Assembly: GCA_964365185.1 (NCBI GenBank)
Contig: CAYIOP010000003.1
Coordinates: 40,828 to 104,827 of the forward strand
Length of the DNA: 64,000 nucleotides
Source: an uncultured Candidatus Saccharibacteria bacterium
GTDB taxonomy: Bacteria > Patescibacteriota > Minisyncoccia > UBA6257 > 2-01-FULL-56-20
Reading direction: 5' to 3'
Below, piece by piece: positions 58,702 through 64,000 of the stretch. Within the stretch, counting starts at the first letter, position 1, and every line of letters starts with the position of its first letter. The notes beneath the pieces are model-generated. The model did no database searches. It was not told where the DNA came from and worked only from the letters and a program-made list of their open reading frames with translations. The translations under genes were made by a program, and so were the position numbers.

Positions 58702-59528
58702 AAATCCGAATTCAACTTCCAAAAATTTTCGTAGAGCTTAGCCACTAGTATCGGCCCGGTGCCGCCCGGCGTTGGCGTGTAACTAATATTTCTATCCTCC
58801 TCGCCATCGGGATCAAAATCCCCATAAATTTTATTGCCTTCCCGGCTATAACCAAAATCCACCACCAGCGCTCCTTCCTTAATGTCCTTAGCCGAAAAAA
58901 TTCCAGCCACCCCCGTTCCGCTCACCACCACATCCGCATCCTTAAGTCGCGCCGGAATACCTTTCACCGTACTGTCAAAAACAGTTAATTCTCCCACCCG
59001 GTTCTGCAACCAAAACCCCAGCGGTTTGCCAATTAAAAATCCCGCTCCAATCAAAACCACTTTCAAATCCCTTAGCGATTTGCGATTTGCGATTTGCAAA
59101 TTAAGTATTTCCTCGAGCGCCTCCACGGCCGGCGGCGCCACCTCGCCTCGTCCGGTATAAAACGCGCCCAGCGCTTTTTCGCTCAAACAATCCACGTCTT
59201 TTTCTTTTGGAATCGCGTTTAAAACATAATGTTTATTGATTGATTCCGGCAAAGGTAGTTGCACCAAAAACCCGCCGCAATTTTTCGGCCGTGTGAGCAT
59301 CCCAATCTCCGCCCGCAAATCATCCGTGGTCACTCCCTCCGGCGCCCGGTGCAGCCGAAAACTAATTCCCAATTCCTCCGCCACTCGCTTTTTTTGGTTC
59401 AAAAAATTCTCCGATGCCAAATCATCTCCCACCAGCATCGCTCCCATAAACTTCCCCTGCCATTCCTCTTGGTGTTCCTTAAGTTTTTCAATTATCCCCA
59501 CCGCAATTTTTTTCCCGTCAATAATCAT
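58698..59528 (-). CDS. folD: Methylenetetrahydrofolate dehydrogenase/cyclohydrolase
   Basis: IIDGKKIA, VQLPLP, KDVD, TPTPGGTGP. Confidence 0.93.
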   Translation of the reverse strand: MIIDGKKIAVGIIEKLKEHQEEWQGKFMGAMLVGDDLASENFLNQKKRVAEELGISFRLHRAPEGVTTDDLRAEIGMLTRPKNCGGFLVQLPLPESINKHYVLNAIPKEKDVDCLSEKALGAFYTGRGEVAPPAVEALEEILNLQIANRKSLRDLKVVLIGAGFLIGKPLGFWLQNRVGELTVFDSTVKGIPARLKDADVVVSGTGVAGIFSAKDIKEGALVVDFGYSREGNKIYGDFDPDGEEDRNISYTPTPGGTGPILVAKLYENFWKLNSDL

Positions 59529-59534
59529 AAAGTC

Positions 59535-59684
59535 CTATTTTAGAGGTCGAACAATTATTGATCTTTTATCTTTAGAAACATAAACTTTCACTTTATCTCC
59601 TATTTTAATTTCTAATTCATCGAGAAATTCTTGGGGAATTATCAATCCTGCCAAAGAACCAATTTTTATAATCTCCTGAATCAT
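59535..59684 (-). CDS. AbrB/MazE/SpoVT family DNA-binding protein (49 aa)
   Basis: MIQEIIKIGSLAGLIIPQEFLDELEIKIGDKVKV...IIVRP; below the ORF-track size cutoff. Confidence 0.75.
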   Translation of the reverse strand: MIQEIIKIGSLAGLIIPQEFLDELEIKIGDKVKVYVSKDKRSIIVRPLK

Positions 59685-59694
59685 TACAATAAAT

Positions 59695-60006
59695 CTAAAG
59701 CTTATAACGCTTAATGTAAACCCAATCCCAAAATAATTGGGATATCAATCCTATCCCTAAAAATAAAACCGGCCGGAAAAATAACATCACTCCCGCCACC
59801 ACTAAAACTATCTTCCAGTTCCTGTGGATCGGATGAACCTTAAAAGGATTCCGCCTCGGGTGATAAATCGGCCGAGTTGCCAAATGATCTAAATCCATCA
59901 GTCCAGCCGACAAAATCAAAACCAAATCTGCCGGTGTTGTTTCAATCAAATTCCCGCTCAAAAAATAAATCGCCGTATCCGACAAAACATGAATCGGAAT
60001 AATCAT
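59695..60006 (-). CDS. Small membrane protein (DUF6122-like)
   Basis: DLDHLATRPIY.P.R...HPIH motif. Confidence 0.7.
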   Translation of the reverse strand: MIIPIHVLSDTAIYFLSGNLIETTPADLVLILSAGLMDLDHLATRPIYHPRRNPFKVHPIHRNWKIVLVVAGVMLFFRPVLFLGIGLISQLFWDWVYIKRYKL

Positions 60007-60011
60007 CTCTT

Positions 60012-60434
60012 TTAAGGATGTTTTTTAGGTAACAAAAATACACCACAACCCGTCCATACTTCACCCCAACCATAACCCACTACTGAAGTTGCCCACGACC
60101 CAAATTCTTCACATTCTTTACGCGACTTAATATCTTGATAAAACAAATAATAGCCACCATTATCAGGACAAACATCTCCAAAACAAAAATAATTTTCAAC
60201 TACGGCCTTTCCCTGAAAAATACCTGCTGATTTAGGATACTCTCCGATCTTACTAAAATCTCTTTTTTGATTTAAATTCTGAAGTTCTTCCAAAATATCT
60301 TGAACATCATCACGACTCAAATCTTTTAATTCTCCATCTTCTTTATTATTTTTATTAATAAAAAATAAAGAAAACAAAACTACCAATAAAATAGAAATAG
60401 AAATAGAAAACAAAATTAATTTATTAATATTCAT
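60012..60434 (-). CDS. Secreted/membrane-anchored Cys-containing hypothetical protein
   Basis: N-terminal TM, CFGDVCPDNG..C..C. Confidence 0.7.
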   Translation of the reverse strand: MNINKLILFSISISILLVVLFSLFFINKNNKEDGELKDLSRDDVQDILEELQNLNQKRDFSKIGEYPKSAGIFQGKAVVENYFCFGDVCPDNGGYYLFYQDIKSRKECEEFGSWATSVVGYGWGEVWTGCGVFLLPKKHP

Positions 60435-60535
60435 AAATTATCAATACTCAAGCGGAAATTTCTCGCAAAGTTTTTTTATCCTCCTAAGTTTCGTAAGACG
60501 AAATTTTGGAGGGTAAACCTCTCGCGTACAAAAAG

Positions 60536-61780
60536 CTAATAATTTAGTGGGAATTTTAGGCATAATTCTTTTGCTTTTTGTAAAACCTCTTTCCCATCCA
60601 CCAATACTTCTTTTATCATTCGCGCCACCTCTTTCATCTCTGCCTCTTTCATTCCTCGCGTAGTTAAAGCCGGCGTACCCATTCGAATTCCCGACGGGTC
60701 CATCGGACTTCGCGAATCATAAGGAATCGTATTTTTATTCACAATGATTCCGTTTTTCTCCAATTTATCGCTCGCTTCTTTCCCACCGATTCCATGATTA
60801 GTTAAATCCACCAAAAGCAAATGCGTGTCTGTCCCGCCCGCCACAATTCTAAAACCATAATTTTTAAGTTCCTCCGCCAATGTTTGGGCATTCAAAACAA
60901 TCTGGCTTGCGTATTCCTTAAAATCCAGCTGCACCGCTTCTTCCATCGCCACCGCAATTGCCGCAATCTGATTCGCATGCGGCCCACCCTGCAACCCCGG
61001 AAATATCGCTTTATCAATCGCCTTAACAATATCCACGCCCGCGCGATTTGCGATTTGCGATTTGCGATTTGCGAAAATCACCCCCGCCCTCGGTCCCCTA
61101 AGTGTCTTATGAGCTGTTGCCATCACTACATCCGCATATTTAAACGGAGTCGGATAAACTCCTCCTGCAATGAGTCCCGCAAAATGCGACATATCTACCA
61201 TTAAATATGCGCCCACCTCATCACAAATCTCCCGAAACTTTTTAAAATCCACGATTCGCGGGTAGGCCGTGTATCCGGCCACAATAATTTTCGGTTTATG
61301 TTCTTTGACCAACTCACGAATCGCATCATAATCCAAAAGTTCTGTTTCTTTGTTTAAAGTGTATGACACCGACTTCCACGCCTTAGAAGTAAAACTCACC
61401 TTGTGTCCGTGCGTTAAATGCCCGCCCATATCAAGCTGTAGTCCCATAATCGTCTCGCCCAAAGACACGAGCGCCACGTAAATCGCCAAGTTCGCCGGTG
61501 ACCCCGAGTATGGCTGGACATTCACTCCCCATTCATCAGAAGATAAACCAAATGCCTTAAGCGACCGCTCTTTTGCTAAATTTTCAAGCTGGTCCACAAA
61601 TTCATTCCCGCCATAATATCTCATCGCCGAATACCCTTCGGCATATTTATTGGTAAAAACCGACCCCAAGGCCTCTAAAACATCCCGCGAAACAAAATTC
61701 TCTGACGGTATAAGATTGATCGTCTCATTCTGCCGCCTCGTTTCCTTTTTAATTAATTCCTCAACAATTTTGTCGTTCAT
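60536..61780 (-). CDS. glyA: Serine hydroxymethyltransferase
   Basis: LIPSENF, KYAEGY, GGHLTHG, HKTLRGPR, GIRMGTP. Confidence 0.98.
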   Translation of the reverse strand: MNDKIVEELIKKETRRQNETINLIPSENFVSRDVLEALGSVFTNKYAEGYSAMRYYGGNEFVDQLENLAKERSLKAFGLSSDEWGVNVQPYSGSPANLAIYVALVSLGETIMGLQLDMGGHLTHGHKVSFTSKAWKSVSYTLNKETELLDYDAIRELVKEHKPKIIVAGYTAYPRIVDFKKFREICDEVGAYLMVDMSHFAGLIAGGVYPTPFKYADVVMATAHKTLRGPRAGVIFANRKSQIANRAGVDIVKAIDKAIFPGLQGGPHANQIAAIAVAMEEAVQLDFKEYASQIVLNAQTLAEELKNYGFRIVAGGTDTHLLLVDLTNHGIGGKEASDKLEKNGIIVNKNTIPYDSRSPMDPSGIRMGTPALTTRGMKEAEMKEVARMIKEVLVDGKEVLQKAKELCLKFPLNY

Positions 61781-61846
61781 TAAAACATTTCCAACATTCA
61801 ATCACTCCGACCATTAACTTATTTTATCTCACATTCCATCGAAAAT

Positions 61847-62194
61847 TTATTTCTCATTTAACTTATCAAAAATACCCTGAATTAAAGGTTTCAAGGGTGG
61901 AATTTCCTCAGAAGCCACCTTCCAGACGATTTCCTCATCAACGCCAAAGTATTCGTGAACTAGCTTATTTCTCATGCCAGCAATATTCCTCCAAGGAATG
62001 TTGCTGTAGCTATTTTTGATATCGTCGGGAATTTTTGTAGCCGCCTCGCCGATAATTTCCAAACTTCTCACAACGGCATTGATAGTTTTCTTGTCTTTTT
62101 CAAAATTCTTAAAGTTTATTCCTTCAATAAAATCAGCTATGTCGCGAATGGAATCCAAAATGTCCTGAATATAATCGAGGTAATCTCTTTTCAT
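61847..62194 (-). CDS. HEPN/DUF86 toxin (HepT-like RNase)
   Basis: LEIIGEA, RNKLVHEY (R-X4-H). Confidence 0.92.
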   Translation of the reverse strand: MKRDYLDYIQDILDSIRDIADFIEGINFKNFEKDKKTINAVVRSLEIIGEAATKIPDDIKNSYSNIPWRNIAGMRNKLVHEYFGVDEEIVWKVASEEIPPLKPLIQGIFDKLNEK

Positions 62195-62490
62195 ACCTTA
62201 ACCAAATCCTGAAGTATCCGTTTCCCGATTCTGGGCTTAAGAGCTCTTCTAGTAACTAAATCAACTTTTGTTCCCAGCAAATCAGATAAATATCTCTCAA
62301 GTTCAATAAATTTTAACAAGCCGATCGATTCTTTAAAATCCACTAGAATATCAACGTCGCTTTTCCGACTTTGCTTATTCCTCGCATAAGAACCAAAAAC
62401 CGCTAACTCTCCGATTACCACACCAAATCTTCTTTCTACCTCCTTTTTATTTTGAGATAAAATATTTTTAATTTCTTCTAAATTTTTCAT
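62191..62490 (-). CDS. MNT nucleotidyltransferase antitoxin (MntA-like)
   Basis: FGSYAR...SDVDILV, KVDLV; 4-bp overlap with the HEPN gene. Confidence 0.92.
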   Translation of the reverse strand: MKNLEEIKNILSQNKKEVERRFGVVIGELAVFGSYARNKQSRKSDVDILVDFKESIGLLKFIELERYLSDLLGTKVDLVTRRALKPRIGKRILQDLVKV

Positions 62491-62524
62491 CACTTTTATA
62501 TTAATATCAACTGACTCAAAAATC

Positions 62525-62595
62525 AATCACCGTCTCATTCTGCCGCCTCGTCTCCGCCTTAATTAAATTTTCTACTTCTTTGTCTCTTATTAAAA
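62525..62595 (-). pseudogene. Orphan 5' fragment of glyA
   Basis: Translates IRDKEVENLIKAETRRQNETV versus glyA MNDKIVEELIKKETRRQNETI; shares CGTCTCATTCTGCCGCCTCGT. Confidence 0.8.
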
Positions 62596-62720
62596 TATAA
62601 TACCCACAAAAAAGATATTCGCCAAGTAATCCCAATGCCTAGATAAAGCTTGCAAAAAATATAACACTTAAAATTCCCAAAAGTTTACAACAATCAAAAC
62701 TCGCCCTATACTTAACCTCG

Positions 62721-62837
62721 ATGATTCTCTCCGATAAAGACATTAAAAAAGCGATTAAGGATGGTTTAATCGTCATTGACCCCCTCTTCCCGAAAGCCAT
62801 AGCCACCGTGTATCGCATGATTTCGAAATTATTATAA
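62721..62837 (+). pseudogene. dcd: Truncated 5' fragment of dCTP deaminase
   Basis: MILSDKDIKKAIKDGLIVIDPLFPKAI then unrelated sequence and a stop; promoter TTTACA-17-TATACT upstream. Confidence 0.7.
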
Positions 62838-62858
62838 CAAATAAAATTTATAAAAAAG

Positions 62859-62890
62859 GACCCTTGGTTTGCTTATGCAAACCAAGGGTC
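62859..62890 (-). terminator. 14-bp perfect hairpin downstream of the DGR-target-like gene
   Basis: GACCCTTGGTTTGC-4 nt-GCAAACCAAGGGTC followed by a T run on the minus strand. Confidence 0.75.
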
Positions 62891-62912
62891 AAAGTGTCCA
62901 AGGGACTCAGAG

Positions 62913-63617
62913 TCAGACTTGCGCCGGAGCCGGAGTTTCCGAGGATTCGAGAACAGAATTGCGAGAGAACACCCGGCCACCACCGCTCCACCAGCCCGGA
63001 CCCTCGACAGAACTAGCATCAACGAGCCAGCCGTCACCGCCCCAGGACACGCCGACCGCACGAAGCGCACCGTTTTGGTCCTTGATGTAGAAGATGTTGG
63101 CGTAGCCGTTGGTCAAAAGAACGCCAGCTTCACCGTTAGCTTGCTTTTCCATCAAGGAAAACATTTCGGTGAGGATAGTTTCAGATTTTTCTTCTCCGCC
63201 CAGCTCGGCGATAATCGGACCATCGATCGAGGCCTGCTTCAGTGTGTGATAACGCAGAACCTGTTCGGCAATCCGGTCTTCGATTTTTCCGTCTCCCTTC
63301 AGGAACCAGTCAGTGAAGTTGTCGCCAAGATAGCTGATCTTAACCTTGGCTTTTCGACCAGTGTCACGAACAAACTTCTCTTTGGCGACAAATTTCGAAA
63401 TCGTGGGCGGTACGACGATAGTCGAGACGAGCTCGAGAATAGAGAGCTTTAGTTCCGTAACTTCTGCCCCACGATTTTGAACCGCAGTCACAAAAAGATT
63501 AATCGCTGCCACTGTGTTTTGGATAACCCATTGGGCGTCATCCGTAGGAAGTGGTCCAAACGCCGCCTGATGCTCAACTAGAGCTCCGGCAAGTTTCGGG
63601 ATCTGTTGTTCGGTCAT
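62913..63617 (-). CDS. Putative diversity-generating retroelement target protein
   Basis: C-terminal LRAVGVSWGGDGWLVDASSVEGPGWWSGGGRVFSRN, A-depleted NNY codons; AAGGAG SD. Confidence 0.72.
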   Translation of the reverse strand: MTEQQIPKLAGALVEHQAAFGPLPTDDAQWVIQNTVAAINLFVTAVQNRGAEVTELKLSILELVSTIVVPPTISKFVAKEKFVRDTGRKAKVKISYLGDNFTDWFLKGDGKIEDRIAEQVLRYHTLKQASIDGPIIAELGGEEKSETILTEMFSLMEKQANGEAGVLLTNGYANIFYIKDQNGALRAVGVSWGGDGWLVDASSVEGPGWWSGGGRVFSRNSVLESSETPAPAQV

Positions 63618-63757
63618 AATTTTCTCCTTCTTTTGACCGTTTTTACAAAAACACTGTTGGACTTAGCCGTATTGGTTTCGCCACAGCCCGGAACGGCTTT
63701 TACTAAAAGCAATTCTGGGCTATAGCGAAATCTCGCAATTATCAATTTTCTATTTTA

Positions 63758-63787
63758 ATTATACCACACAAAATCCAATTTCGTCAA
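63758..63787 (-). promoter_or_regulatory. Sigma70 promoter of the DGR-target-like gene
   Basis: TTGACG-18-TATAAT with extended TG; long hairpin in the leader (63676-63730). Confidence 0.7.
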
Positions 63788-64000
63788 TACCTCAAAAATC
63801 CTTATTTTACCGCCTTCGTCGCCCCCCCACCTTCCAAGGGGAAACTGATTTTTCTGAAACCAGAAGCGAAAGGTAAACTAAAACCTAACCCATTTTCATT
63901 AAATCGTTCGAACAAGTCCCGCCTTATCGGGACGATCCGACATTCATGCATTTCTCGCGATATCCTATTGGCTAAACCCTAGTGGCTAATTAACTAATCC

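Noticed and set aside
62869-63452. Plus-strand ORFs antisense to the DGR-like target, and other antisense ORFs across the window
   Set aside because: They are shadow frames of well-supported genes with no recognisable motifs.

Overview
AT-rich bacterial chromosome segment that looks like a Patescibacteria/CPR (Parcubacteria-type) genome. This is inferred from gene content, tRNAs mostly without encoded CCA, and a scarcity of Shine-Dalgarno motifs. Most genes lie on the minus strand. Core genes: type IV pilus genes, dprA, topA, a RelA/SpoT homologue, parAB, rpsR, nusG, secE, gyrB, gyrA, clpB, HtrA, phosphomannomutase, ftsK, recA, pnp, rpsO, a Xer recombinase, rpsA, folD and glyA. Surface and other genes: an S-layer-like protein, VirB2/TrbC-like pilins, a HEPN-MNT toxin-antitoxin pair and 7 intact tRNAs. 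The most unusual signals are non-coding or very small: (1) two intact tRNAs (Ile-GAT, Leu-CAA) each nested inside a decayed outer tRNA of apparently the same type; (2) a conserved structured element that copies tRNA 3' ends; (3) an operon-like chain of seven tiny SD-led ORFs upstream of recA; (4) a probable DGR target gene with an adenine-depleted variable region, next to a truncated dcd; (5) a 9-nt leader motif shared by three surface structural protein genes; (6) several hairpin/MITE repeat families and 7-bp tandem repeats, some inside coding sequences. All calls were made by eye from the sequence; no database searches were run.
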